Part shown: piece by piece, positions 16,584-25,650 of the stretch
Position numbering within the stretch: position 1 is the first letter of the stretch
Layout: each line of letters opens with the position of its first letter
Source of the DNA: Microcystis aeruginosa NIES-843
GTDB taxonomy: Bacteria > Cyanobacteriota > Cyanobacteriia > Cyanobacteriales > Microcystaceae
Direction of reading: 5' to 3'
Assembly: GCF_000010625.1 (NCBI RefSeq)
Contig: NC_010296.1
Span: 2,850,001 to 2,882,000 of the forward strand
DNA length: 32,000 nucleotides
Notes under the pieces: model-generated
Seen by the model: only the letters and a program-made list of their open reading frames with translations
Told to the model about the DNA's origin: nothing
The model's database searches: none
Made by a program: the position numbers and the translations under genes

Positions 16584-17195
16584 TTAGCTAATCATCGCCA
16601 ATAAACCTTGATAAAAAATCTGAAAACTAGGAGAACAATTATGAGCAGGAGTCATAAATTGAGAAATTTCTCGGGCTGCTTTCACTTTTTCTAAACCTCC
16701 TCGATGATACCCAGCTTTTTGAAGTATCTTTTCTAAGTTTTCCCAAGTTCCCCCCGTAATTTCATCGGGTTTTCTGTATTTTGCTTGCTGTCCCACATTA
16801 GTAGAAACTTTGGGATAGGCTGAGACTATAGCCTGAATATCACCAAAAAACCAAGCTTCTAGTTCTTCTATAGCAATTCTATTTAACACCTGAAATGTTT
16901 TTTTATCTTCACTAATCGTTTTGGTGATCAGTCCTGTTTGTTGGGCAATATTTTCTAACTTTTCTTTGAGCATTTGACAATCTTCATTGTCTCTATCTAC
17001 AAGAATAATGATTCGATAATCATCGGGTATCCAGCATTGATAGCCTTTTAATCGCTCCGGTAGTTTTTTGATTAAATCGGATTTACCTCGAAAGGCATGA
17101 ATTTTATAGGTGACATTCTCAAATAATATTTTAGGTAAAATTTGATTTAAACATTCTTGGGTAGAAAATTCTTCAACTAAAAATTCAAGATGCAC
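16584..17195 (-). CDS. TOPRIM-like small protein (DUF4276-type), partner of the upstream ATPase
   Basis: 203 aa with a GTG start preceded by AAGGAGGG. It has an N-terminal strand plus acidic pair LVEEFS, then IILVDRDNED (DxD) and IEELEAWFFGD. The family name is from memory and is unverified. Confidence 0.6.
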   Translation of the reverse strand: MHLEFLVEEFSTQECLNQILPKILFENVTYKIHAFRGKSDLIKKLPERLKGYQCWIPDDYRIIILVDRDNEDCQMLKEKLENIAQQTGLITKTISEDKKTFQVLNRIAIEELEAWFFGDIQAIVSAYPKVSTNVGQQAKYRKPDEITGGTWENLEKILQKAGYHRGGLEKVKAAREISQFMTPAHNCSPSFQIFYQGLLAMIS

Positions 17196-17219
17196 TTTTT
17201 CCCTCCTTTGCTATTAAAC

Positions 17220-18407
17220 TTAAATGCTAGGATTACCCACATCAAAATAGTCCTCCATCCATAATTGACCCAACAAAGCACCATTTTGAATAAATTCCTT
17301 AACTCCTTGCATTGCTGAAGTACGTTTAGCTTGAGTAAAACCATTTTCATCTCGATAAAGTACCCAAACCTCCTCTGGTTTCAAACCATCTACAAAAAAG
17401 GGAGAATGAGTTGTTACCATTAATTGTGTACTTGCGGTCGCTGCCCGACATTCTTCTGCTAATTCAGGTAATAAACGGGGATGAAGATGATTTTCTGGTT
17501 CTTCTATTCCCAGTAATTGCGGAGGGCTTGGATCATATAATATAGTTAAATAAGCCAACATTTTTAAAGTGCCATCGGAGGCAAATTTGGCAAGAATTGG
17601 CTCTTGAAAAGGTGCGTCTTTAATTTGAAGTAAAAGCTGTCCATTCGGCATAATAGATGCTTCTACTTTTTCTAATCTGGGAATTCGACGAGAAAGGGTT
17701 TGTAAAATAGATTCTAATCGTTGAGGATGATCTTCTTTTAAATATTGAATAACATTAGGTAAATTGTCACCAGTTGGCGATAATCTTTCTTGCGCTCCTG
17801 CTTCTGGTTGAGTGCGAGTATTATCTGCGGTTAAGTAGGAAAGATACCAACTTGTGATAAAACGACGCAAAGCACTAACCCGGGGATGTTTGGCCAATTG
17901 TCCGAGGGTACTAACAGCTAAAAATTCCGGGGAGTCTAATCGTTCAGAAATTCGTTTATCTTTTGGTTTGGGATTTTCTCCACTAACCACTATTCCTCCC
18001 CCTTCTTTAAAGTCTAAAAAGCGATAAGGTTTGCCCTTCGCTCCTTGTCTCCACTGTAACCATTCTTCGGCAACATAAGGGCGATTGTTAGCTTCATTAA
18101 TAGCCAAATGATAGGTAATTAAAGGTGATGCCAATTTTTCTCGATATTTTAATTCGATAATGATGTAACCTTCTTGTCCTCTGGTTCTTAATTCTTTAAA
18201 TCTTCCCCGTCTGTCCCAAGCTTTTTTTAAACCAACAGTAAAACATTCAGAGAGGAAAGCAAAGACATCAAATATGGTAGATTTTCCGCTCCCATTAGGA
18301 CCGAGAAAAACGGTTAAAGGAGTAATGCTTTTTAATTCTAAGTCCTGTAAAGCTCGGTAATTTTGCACGCGCAGATTTTCGATTCGAGGTATAGAGTTTT
18401 TAGACAT
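17220..18407 (-). CDS. ABC-type AAA ATPase (AAA_15/AAA_21, OLD/AriA/PtuA-like)
   Basis: 395 aa. Walker A is GPNGSGKST, Walker B and D-loop are [13 protein letters not shown], and the H-loop is VTTHSP. A long insert lies between the N and C lobes. Confidence 0.8.
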   Translation of the reverse strand: MSKNSIPRIENLRVQNYRALQDLELKSITPLTVFLGPNGSGKSTIFDVFAFLSECFTVGLKKAWDRRGRFKELRTRGQEGYIIIELKYREKLASPLITYHLAINEANNRPYVAEEWLQWRQGAKGKPYRFLDFKEGGGIVVSGENPKPKDKRISERLDSPEFLAVSTLGQLAKHPRVSALRRFITSWYLSYLTADNTRTQPEAGAQERLSPTGDNLPNVIQYLKEDHPQRLESILQTLSRRIPRLEKVEASIMPNGQLLLQIKDAPFQEPILAKFASDGTLKMLAYLTILYDPSPPQLLGIEEPENHLHPRLLPELAEECRAATASTQLMVTTHSPFFVDGLKPEEVWVLYRDENGFTQAKRTSAMQGVKEFIQNGALLGQLWMEDYFDVGNPSI

Positions 18408-18714
18408 TGATTGTTGCTCTCTGCTGCTTTTAGCTCGTCTTGTCCCAGATTAGCTGTTAATTTCGCCAGTTCCCCGAAAAAACTGGTCAATTTTTAGTAA
18501 TCTCTACTTATAATACCAAATCCAATCGGTGATCAGATACACCCATTTCTCTTTCCTGAGTTTCCCCATCATCTGCTTTGTCAAGACCAGAATCGGCCTT
18601 GACTTGGCTTTAAGGTTTATTTTATAGATGCCTTTGATGTTAACAGTAGGGAACTATGGCATAATCCAGTTATACTTCATCTTTATGAAAAACTCTTTAA
18701 TAAACCTAGAGTTT

Positions 18715-19755
18715 TTAAATTGAGTAATCGATAACTTTCTCACTTTTATTGTCAAAATCAGTGAGTAAAGTCGCTTTTCTCGGTTTTAAATGTACCGTTT
18801 GTTCTGGTTGTAACTGTAATTGCTTGTATTCCTCACGATTGAGATAAGCCACCACCATTTCCCCATCGGCTAACATTAATTCTACTTGTATTTCCCAGCC
18901 TAAATGAATAACTCTTTTTACCACTGCCCAACTATTCAAACCATCTTGTTCGGGCATAATTTCCAGGTCGTGGGGACGGATAAAAACGGTGGAATTATGA
19001 CCCTGATGATGTCCATTTCCTAATCCTGCTAAACTGGGTAAGATATTCACTTCCCCAATAAATTGCATCACAAAAGCTGTGGCTGGATGATCGTAAATTT
19101 CGGCGGGAGAACCCACCTGTTCAATTTTACCATGATTCATCACGACAATCGTATCGGCTACTTCCATTGCTTCCTCTTGATCGTGGGTAACAAAAACACT
19201 GGTAACGTGAACTTCTTTATGTAAATTTCTCAGCCATACCCTTAATTCTTTTCTGACTTTTGCATCTAAAGCTCCAAAGGGTTCATCTAATAATAATACA
19301 TTCGGTTGAATAGCTAAAGCGCGGGCTAAAGCTACTCGCTGCCGTTGTCCTCCCGATAATTGGGCGGGATAGCGATCGCCTAATCCTTGTAATTGAATTA
19401 ATTCTAATAATTCCTCAACTTTTTTCTTAATTACTGGGGATTTTTGCTGGCGAATTTCTAGACCAAAAGCAATATTTTGACGGACAGTTAAATGTTTAAA
19501 TAGGGCATAATGTTGAAAAACAAAGCCGATATTTCTCCGTCTAGGATCCACATGGGTGGTATCTTGTCCGTTAATGATAATCGCGCCACTGTCGGGAGTT
19601 TCTAATCCGGCAATTGAACGTAATAAGGTGGATTTTCCCGATCCCGATGGTCCGAGGAGGGCGACTAATTTACCTTCAGGAATGGTTAAACTGATATTAT
19701 CTAAAGCCTGAAAATTGCCGAAACGTTTAGAAACTTGCTGGATGGTAATACTCAT
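18715..19755 (-). CDS. cysA: Sulfate/thiosulfate ABC transporter ATP-binding protein
   Basis: 346 aa with [17 protein letters not shown] and LLLDEPF. It has a C-terminal TOBE-like domain and lies last in the sbpA-cysTW operon. Confidence 0.92.
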   Translation of the reverse strand: MSITIQQVSKRFGNFQALDNISLTIPEGKLVALLGPSGSGKSTLLRSIAGLETPDSGAIIINGQDTTHVDPRRRNIGFVFQHYALFKHLTVRQNIAFGLEIRQQKSPVIKKKVEELLELIQLQGLGDRYPAQLSGGQRQRVALARALAIQPNVLLLDEPFGALDAKVRKELRVWLRNLHKEVHVTSVFVTHDQEEAMEVADTIVVMNHGKIEQVGSPAEIYDHPATAFVMQFIGEVNILPSLAGLGNGHHQGHNSTVFIRPHDLEIMPEQDGLNSWAVVKRVIHLGWEIQVELMLADGEMVVAYLNREEYKQLQLQPEQTVHLKPRKATLLTDFDNKSEKVIDYSI

Positions 19756-19835
19756 ATTTTTAGGTTTTTTGTAGAACGTAGGTTGGGTTGAAGCATGAAA
19801 CCCAACGCCCGCTCATATTTTTAGGTTTTTTGTAG
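19751..19835. repeat. 37-bp GTAGG-hairpin element flanked by a 24-bp direct duplication of the cysW-cysA junction
   Basis: CTCATATTTTTAGGTTTTTTGTAG occurs at 19751..19774 and 19812..19835. The core at 19775..19811 is the reverse complement of 4063..4099. Confidence 0.95.
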
Positions 19836-20699
19836 TTAGGTAGTGTGAATTTTGTGGGCGGTTTTACGTTCGAGAATTTCTTTAATAATTAAAGTAACTC
19901 CCGCTAGTAAGGCGAGAATAGCCGCCGCACTAAAAGCGGCAGGAGTTAGATAATTTTTATAGGCCTGTTCTACGAAAATTGGCAGGGTAGCAGTTCTCCC
20001 TAAAATACTGCCAGAAACCACAGAAACCGCCCCAAATTCTCCCATCGCCCGGGCATTAGTTAACAGCACTCCGTACATCAATCCCCAACGAATATTGGGT
20101 AAAGTTATGCGCCAGAAAATCTGCCAATCACTTGCCCCTAAAGTGCGCCCCGCTTCCTCTTGTTCTAAGCCAATTTCTTCTAAGACTGGGATAACTTCTC
20201 TAGCGACAAAAGGCATAGTAACAAATATAGTTGCTAATACCATTCCGGGTAAAGCAAAAAGTATTTTTATATCGAAAAATTCTAGGAAAGAACCTAACCA
20301 ACCATTGCGCCCATAGAGCAGTACAATCATTAAACCCGCTACCACGGGAGAAACGGCAAAAGGTAAGTCAATTAAACTAATTAATAAAGTTTTGCCACGA
20401 AATTGATTGCGAGCAATTACCCAAGCTGCACAAAGTCCAAAAATTGTGTTTAAAGGTACAGTAATTAGGGCAATAATTACTGTTAATTTCACAGCTTCGA
20501 TAAAGTCAGAAGTTCCCGCCGCTTCTAAAAAAGCTTGGAATCCATTGCGAAAAGCATAGTAAAATACTGCCGCTGCTGGAATAAATAATAACAGTGCCAG
20601 ATAAACAAGGGCGATGATAATTAGTAGGGGTTTGTAATCCCACTCTTTCGGTTTAGTTGATTTTTTTAGACTCAGCATTTTTGATCTGTCTCCAGTCAT
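19836..20699 (-). CDS. cysW: Sulfate ABC transporter permease CysW
   Basis: 287 aa and polytopic, with the EAA-loop EEAGRTLGASDWQIFWRITLP. The call also rests on operon position. Confidence 0.9.
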   Translation of the reverse strand: MTGDRSKMLSLKKSTKPKEWDYKPLLIIIALVYLALLLFIPAAAVFYYAFRNGFQAFLEAAGTSDFIEAVKLTVIIALITVPLNTIFGLCAAWVIARNQFRGKTLLISLIDLPFAVSPVVAGLMIVLLYGRNGWLGSFLEFFDIKILFALPGMVLATIFVTMPFVAREVIPVLEEIGLEQEEAGRTLGASDWQIFWRITLPNIRWGLMYGVLLTNARAMGEFGAVSVVSGSILGRTATLPIFVEQAYKNYLTPAAFSAAAILALLAGVTLIIKEILERKTAHKIHTT

Positions 20700-20719
20700 A
20701 CTCTAATATTTTTTACTCT

Positions 20720-21562
20720 TTACTTAACTTTGTATTTTTGCCCCCATTGCTGCAGGAAATTAATTACTACTAACATGAACAAAGAAACCAGTAATAAAAC
20801 CATGCCGATTACTGTCGCACCTGTGTAATCATATTCCTCTAGTCTTTGGAAGATTAAAACTGGGGCAATTAAATCCTTAAAGGGAATATTAGATGAGATA
20901 ATAACTACGGAACCATATTCACCGATCGCTCTGGCAAAACCGAGGGCAACTCCTGTTAAAATAGCGGGTAGTATCGTGGGAAAAATCACTCGCCAAAAGA
21001 TTTGCCAAGAGGAAGCACCGAGGGATAAAGCCGCTTCTTCTACTTCTTTTTCCATTTCCTGTAAAACCGGCTGTAGGGTGCGGACAATAAAGGGTAAAGC
21101 GATAAATAACATCGCCACAAAAACCCCTAAAATGGTAAAGGATATCTTAATGCCAAAGGGGGCAAAAAATTGACCGAGCCAACCGTTATCACTGTAAACT
21201 GTGGCTAGGACTAAACCGGCAACAGAAGTGGGTAAAGCAAAGGGCAAATCTACACAAGCATCGACAATTTTTTTACCCGGGAATCGATACCGCACTAATA
21301 CCCAAGCGATAATAGTGCCAAAAACTCCGTCAATTAATCCGGCGATTAAGGAAGTAAAAAAAGTGACTTGGTAAGCGGATAAAGAAATCGGTAAAGTGGC
21401 AACACGCCAAAATTCAGCAAAACCAAGGGTTAGGGATTTAGCAAATAGTGCCGCTGCCGGTAAAACCAACAAAACCACTAGATAACTAATGGTAATTACC
21501 CAAGGAATAGAAACTTTTTTCAGGGGTTGACTGGGAGATAAAGATAATTGTGGGTTAGCCAT
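20720..21562 (-). CDS. cysT: Sulfate ABC transporter permease CysT
   Basis: 280 aa and polytopic, with the EAA-loop EEAALSLGASSWQIFWRVIFP. The call also rests on operon position. Confidence 0.9.
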   Translation of the reverse strand: MANPQLSLSPSQPLKKVSIPWVITISYLVVLLVLPAAALFAKSLTLGFAEFWRVATLPISLSAYQVTFFTSLIAGLIDGVFGTIIAWVLVRYRFPGKKIVDACVDLPFALPTSVAGLVLATVYSDNGWLGQFFAPFGIKISFTILGVFVAMLFIALPFIVRTLQPVLQEMEKEVEEAALSLGASSWQIFWRVIFPTILPAILTGVALGFARAIGEYGSVVIISSNIPFKDLIAPVLIFQRLEEYDYTGATVIGMVLLLVSLFMLVVINFLQQWGQKYKVK

Positions 21563-21581
21563 TGTTTATTATTGCTAGAGA

Positions 21582-21923
21582 TTACCAATTGTCCGCTTCT
21601 TCAAGAACTTGTGCTGAATCATACCAAACTTCTACATCTAAATCTGCCAGATAGGAAAGGGCATTTTCTATCCCTTGGGAGTTGCCTTGTAGTTGTAGAT
21701 CGAACCAGCCATCTTGATTATTATTTGCCGCTAACAAAGCGGAAAATATATTCACTTTTAGACCAGGAAAAGACCCTAAACGTGCTATAATTGGCTCGTT
21801 AATATATTGTTTAGGAATCCGAATTTTTATTCTTCGGGACGTGGGGCGATCGAGTCCTGATTGATCGAGATGTAAGTCACTTTGGGGATGATTAATAGTT
21901 TGCCATTGAGGTTGATTATCCAT
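21582..21923 (-). CDS. Stand-alone NIL-domain protein
   Basis: 113 aa. The segment KIRIPKQYINEPIIARLGSFPGLKVNIFSALLAANNNQDGWFDLQLQG...YLADLDVEVW resembles the NIL domain otherwise found at the C-terminus of MetN-type ATPases. Confidence 0.7.
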   Translation of the reverse strand: MDNQPQWQTINHPQSDLHLDQSGLDRPTSRRIKIRIPKQYINEPIIARLGSFPGLKVNIFSALLAANNNQDGWFDLQLQGNSQGIENALSYLADLDVEVWYDSAQVLEEADNW

Positions 21924-21934
21924 GGTTTTTCTCC

Positions 21935-22978
21935 TTAGGATTTACCAGCTTTAGTCAGAATTTTATCGAACAAGGCTCCATCATCAAAGAATTGCTTTTG
22001 TACTTTATCCCAACCGCCTAAATCCTGCACGGTAAAGAGATTTTTTATCTGAGGAAATTTACTCTCAAACTCTTTAAATACCGTCGGTTCAACGGGACGA
22101 AACCCCACCTGAGCAAATTCTCTTTGGGCTGCGGGAGTAAATAAAAACTGCACAAAAGCCTCGGCCACTTTTCTCGTACCTTTTTTATCCACATTGGCAT
22201 CAACAACCGCCACGGGATTATCAATAGAAATATTGTAATCGGTGGGAACAGTGTAGGACAACTTCTCGCCTTTTTGGTTAGCGAGAATCATCTCATTTTC
22301 GTAATTAATCAGCACATTTCCCTGGCCTTGTTTAAAAAATACATCACTAGATTCGCGAGCATCTCTAGGTAAAACTGGCGCATTTTTAAACACTTTTTCG
22401 ACAAAAGTTTGCGCCGCTTGTTCACTGCCTCCCGCTTGCGTCACCGAACCCCAAAGAGCGAGAAAATTCCAGCGCGCTCCGCCAGAAGTCTTGGGATTAG
22501 CGGTAATAACTTTAATATTATCCTTGGCTAAATCTGACCATTTATTAATTTTAATATTGGCATCACGAGGAACAAAAGCCACTACAGATTTATGAACAAT
22601 AGAGTCATTGGTTGCTTCTTTTTCCCAACCGGGTTGAATTAATCCCGCTTGCTCAATTTTCTTGGTATCCAAAGCTAAAGCCAACGCTACCACATCCGCT
22701 TCTAAACCATCGATAACGGCACGAGTTTGGGAACCGGAACCACCATAACTCTGTTCAAAAGTTACCTTTTGCCCCGTTTTTTGTTGCCATTCCTCGACAA
22801 ATTTGGGAATGATTTTTTCGTAGGCACTTTGGGTGACAGCATAGGAAACAAGCGTCACAGTCACGGGTTTTTGGCTGTCATTGCCGCTATTGGTGGGGGA
22901 TGGGGTGCAGGATACCAGCATCCCCCCCGTCAGGACAGTTGCCATTAGTAGGGATAAACAAGACTGGGATGACTGCAT
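21935..22978 (-). CDS. sbpA: Sulfate-binding periplasmic lipoprotein
   Basis: 347 aa with a signal peptide and lipobox MLVSC. It shows sulfate/thiosulfate-binding protein family sequence and is the first gene of the operon. Confidence 0.9.
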   Translation of the reverse strand: MQSSQSCLSLLMATVLTGGMLVSCTPSPTNSGNDSQKPVTVTLVSYAVTQSAYEKIIPKFVEEWQQKTGQKVTFEQSYGGSGSQTRAVIDGLEADVVALALALDTKKIEQAGLIQPGWEKEATNDSIVHKSVVAFVPRDANIKINKWSDLAKDNIKVITANPKTSGGARWNFLALWGSVTQAGGSEQAAQTFVEKVFKNAPVLPRDARESSDVFFKQGQGNVLINYENEMILANQKGEKLSYTVPTDYNISIDNPVAVVDANVDKKGTRKVAEAFVQFLFTPAAQREFAQVGFRPVEPTVFKEFESKFPQIKNLFTVQDLGGWDKVQKQFFDDGALFDKILTKAGKS

Positions 22979-23148
22979 CGGCGGCGCTCCTAAGATTTAC
23001 TCTAAGGTTGTATCTGTTTTTAGGCGTAGTTTAATCCTACAGCACAGGAAACAAAATTTCAATACATTTATAAAACAAATTGGGAATAAGGTGATAACAA
23101 GGGAAACTGTGAGAAGATGGAATCAGTGCTACATCTAGGTTTGAGACT

Positions 23149-23928
23149 ATGGGCAAGAGCGTCAAGGCCAAAAAAACAACCCTCCTACAACAACTGATTA
23201 ACCAGAGTTTTCTCTTTCGCGGACTAGAGGAAGCTTGGTTAAGTCAGTATCTCGATGCCGACAATCTCAAGCTAGAGACGCTATTTTCCAATCGTCCCGT
23301 CTATACGGCTTTTCTCCCCGATGAATTTCTAGATGTTTTGTATGTGATTTTGGATGAGGGTGTAATCGTCGTCCGCAGCACTCCCCTCGACCGGATTATT
23401 GCCATTAGCTACCCCGGTGGCTGTTTTGGCATGAGGAGTTTACCCTTTAGTTATGGTTTAGCCAGTCGCGCCTTTCCCTGTTTGGTGGAATCCTATAAAA
23501 CTACCCACGTCCTGAAAATTCCCTTATCGGCGCTAGAAAAGATTTACAACGATAACCAAAGTTTTCGTCAACGGTACTGTTTGTTATTTGAATTACAGCA
23601 AAAATTCGAGTATCATTTGCTTAATTGCAGTAGCTATCCACCCCAAGCTGTAGCCACTTTACTCAGAGCTTTAATCTATCAAGAAAGAGAATTAGGCAGT
23701 CAACCAGATGCCGAAAATATCTATACTTTTGATTTATCCGTCGATGTGATTGCTCGCGCTTGTCAACTCAATCAACGCACCGTCGAACAGGTATTAAAAG
23801 GATTGCAAACCGTGGGATTAATTGCCTCAGAATCGACGGGGGATTTAATTCGGGTACTAGATGCCGAGGGTTTAAAAGAAGTGTACAGTGCCACCCGGGA
23901 TAAAGTTAATTGGTGGCCCCTAAGATAA
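23149..23928 (+). CDS. Crp/Fnr-family transcriptional regulator (CysR-like by position)
   Basis: 259 aa. The cNMP-binding-like N-terminus starts at FLFRGLEEAWLSQYL, and the C-terminal HTH is QRTVEQVLKGLQTVGLI. It is divergent from the sulfate operon. Confidence 0.65.
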   Translation: MGKSVKAKKTTLLQQLINQSFLFRGLEEAWLSQYLDADNLKLETLFSNRPVYTAFLPDEFLDVLYVILDEGVIVVRSTPLDRIIAISYPGGCFGMRSLPFSYGLASRAFPCLVESYKTTHVLKIPLSALEKIYNDNQSFRQRYCLLFELQQKFEYHLLNCSSYPPQAVATLLRALIYQERELGSQPDAENIYTFDLSVDVIARACQLNQRTVEQVLKGLQTVGLIASESTGDLIRVLDAEGLKEVYSATRDKVNWWPLR

Positions 23929-24082
23929 GTGGAATTTGCTGAATAAATCTAAAAACTTTGTTGGATAAAAATTTTAGACTTTTTTCCCATCAAAAAGTAC
24001 CAGCCATTGGAGTGATCGGGGGGGAAATTTAGGCACTTTTTCCCCGAAAATTAGGTAATTGACCTCCTCAAAATCGGTAAAA

Positions 24083-24123
24083 CCCTACACCCTACACCCC
24101 ACACCCCACACCCTGCCCCCACG
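24083..24123. repeat. Short heptanucleotide array (CCCTACA/CCCCACA)n
   Basis: Direct reading of the sequence. Confidence 0.85.
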
Positions 24124-24148
24124 CAAAACTTTTTGCCGCAAACCCTAT

Positions 24149-24829
24149 TTACCCTTGCAATTGACAGCGCTTTAAGGCATCTTCGGCAGCCGCTTTGGTG
24201 GCATCCTGTTTTCGTTTACCCTTACCTGTACCGTAGAGAAGATTATTAACCCGCACTTCGGCAGTAAATTCCCTAGCGTGGGGGGGTCCTGTCACATCAA
24301 TGATCGCATATTCTGGATTAGAGGCAAAATTGGCCAGGGCCCACTGTTGAAAGAGATTTTTAGCATCGATAAAAGATGACGATTCCGATTGTTGAGAGAC
24401 TAAATGAGAGGCTACAGGGATAAAAAGCCCGTGCAGATAGTTTTTAACCGCATTTAACCCCGAATCTAGATAATAAGCCCCAATTATCGCTTCAAAAGTG
24501 TCCGCTAATAGGGTAGGATTCGATCGCCCCCGATCTTTAATTGCCCCCTTACCCAAACGCATTAACTCCCCCAGGCCGATTTCAAGGCCCAATTGCGCTA
24601 ATTGTTCTTCTTTGACCAAATTTGACCGCAAACGGGTTAATTCTGCCTCATTCATGGCGGGATATTTTTGATACAACAGTTCGCCCACCAAAAAAGCCAA
24701 AATCGCATCGCCCAAAAATTCTAGGCGCTCGTTATTTTCCGTCAATTCCGACTGTTCATTGACATAGGAACGATGGGTTAAAGCTTGGGTGAGAAGGAGA
24801 GCATTTTGAAAAGGAGGCAAACAAGACAT
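24149..24829 (-). CDS. rnc: Ribonuclease III
   Basis: It has the signature NERLEFLGDA and a C-terminal dsRBD (GPPHAREFTAEV...GKGKRKQDATKAAAEDAL). The start was moved to Met66 of the track ORF (ATG 24829..24827). This gives a typical 226 aa and removes the overlap with the divergent gene. Confidence 0.88.
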   Translation of the reverse strand: MSCLPPFQNALLLTQALTHRSYVNEQSELTENNERLEFLGDAILAFLVGELLYQKYPAMNEAELTRLRSNLVKEEQLAQLGLEIGLGELMRLGKGAIKDRGRSNPTLLADTFEAIIGAYYLDSGLNAVKNYLHGLFIPVASHLVSQQSESSSFIDAKNLFQQWALANFASNPEYAIIDVTGPPHAREFTAEVRVNNLLYGTGKGKRKQDATKAAAEDALKRCQLQG

Positions 24830-24887
24830 TACAGAAATGATCAAGTCAAGAGCATTTCTTATCTTAATCCGACCCCACCCCGAATAG

Positions 24888-25442
24888 ATGAGACGAACGA
24901 TCCTTTTTTTACTGTTTTTTCCGGCTAGTTTAGGCATAATCTCCCAAATCTTCTCACCGGAAAACCTATCCGCTGCTATTCTTGCCCTAGGGACCCTGGT
25001 GATGTGCATGGAACAGGCACGCATGGCGGCGGTGGACTTGGGAGAAATTGCCCAATTTCAGCAAAAAACCAGCGATCCTCGCCTCGATCGCTTTTTTATC
25101 GTCACAATTAGTACAATTGTTTTGGAATTATCGGGCTTTTATGTGGCTGCCCTCTGGATAGGATGGGGAGCTTTAATAGTTTTAGTCAGTCAAATTTGGT
25201 TTCATTGTTTAGCCAAAATTCAACTGCAGCCAAGCACGGGAAAAATTATTGACCATGGCATAGGGCCACGTTTACCCATCTTACTCGCTGACGGAATCGG
25301 CATAATCTTCGTGGCTTTCTGGTTAGCCAAAATCGCTCCCCTAATTATGGCCATGACTTTAACGACAATGTTATTAATCTACGGCTCTATTAAGTATAGA
25401 CCTCTTGTCAAAATCAAAAATCTTCCCTTGGTTGAGGAGTAG
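24888..25442 (+). CDS. Hypothetical polytopic membrane protein
   Basis: 184 aa with 4-5 hydrophobic segments. The last ~15 codons lie in a repeat module shared with 11701..11755. Confidence 0.5.
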   Translation: MRRTILFLLFFPASLGIISQIFSPENLSAAILALGTLVMCMEQARMAAVDLGEIAQFQQKTSDPRLDRFFIVTISTIVLELSGFYVAALWIGWGALIVLVSQIWFHCLAKIQLQPSTGKIIDHGIGPRLPILLADGIGIIFVAFWLAKIAPLIMAMTLTTMLLIYGSIKYRPLVKIKNLPLVEE

Positions 25443-25596
25443 GTAGCTAGTATTCGGTCGTCAGGAGAATCAAAAATGAGCTTTAATCAATTAAATTCTC
25501 TATTTAGAGATTTTATGCCTATTTTTCTCATTTTTGAACTCTCAAAAATTAATTATCGTTGAGCTTGCCGCTAGAGGATTTGAGCGCATTTTTTTC

Positions 25597-25624
25597 TTAG
25601 ACATCAGCCCTCCTTTGCTACAAT
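25597..25624 (+). promoter_or_regulatory. Putative sigma70-type promoter of thrS paralog 2 (-35 TTAGAC, 16-nt spacer, -10 TACAAT)
   Basis: The hexamers are at 25597..25602 and 25619..25624, 27 nt upstream of the ATG. Confidence 0.55.
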
Positions 25625-25639
25625 GATAATCATTATCAT
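25623..25639. promoter_or_regulatory. Fur/Zur-family operator, perfect 17-bp palindrome ATGATAAT-C-ATTATCAT
   Basis: The palindrome is perfect by direct reading. It contains AATGATAATCATTATC, which matches the classical Fur-box core and the 7-1-7 TGATAATNATTATCA type. It overlaps the -10 box. Confidence 0.8.
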
Positions 25640-25650
25640 CGTAGCTGGCA

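Noticed and set aside
16584-18407. Assignment of the ATPase pair to Gabija, Septu or AbiL
   Set aside because: No UvrD-like helicase (GajB) or HNH nuclease (PtuB) is adjacent. The small partner has an E...DxD Toprim-like pattern rather than HNH. An AbiL/RloB-type relationship cannot be excluded without HMMs, so only a generic ATPase-plus-Toprim call is made.
20095-23138. Plus-strand ORFs antisense to cysW, cysT, the NIL gene and sbpA (20095, 20976, 21548, 22727, 22881)
   Set aside because: They lie antisense to well-supported operon genes and are basic, low-complexity translations.
24830-25024. 65-codon N-terminal extension of RNase III in the ORF track
   Set aside because: The extension is basic and low-complexity, overlaps the divergent membrane-protein gene, and gives an atypically long Rnc. 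Met66 precedes the conserved core at the normal distance.
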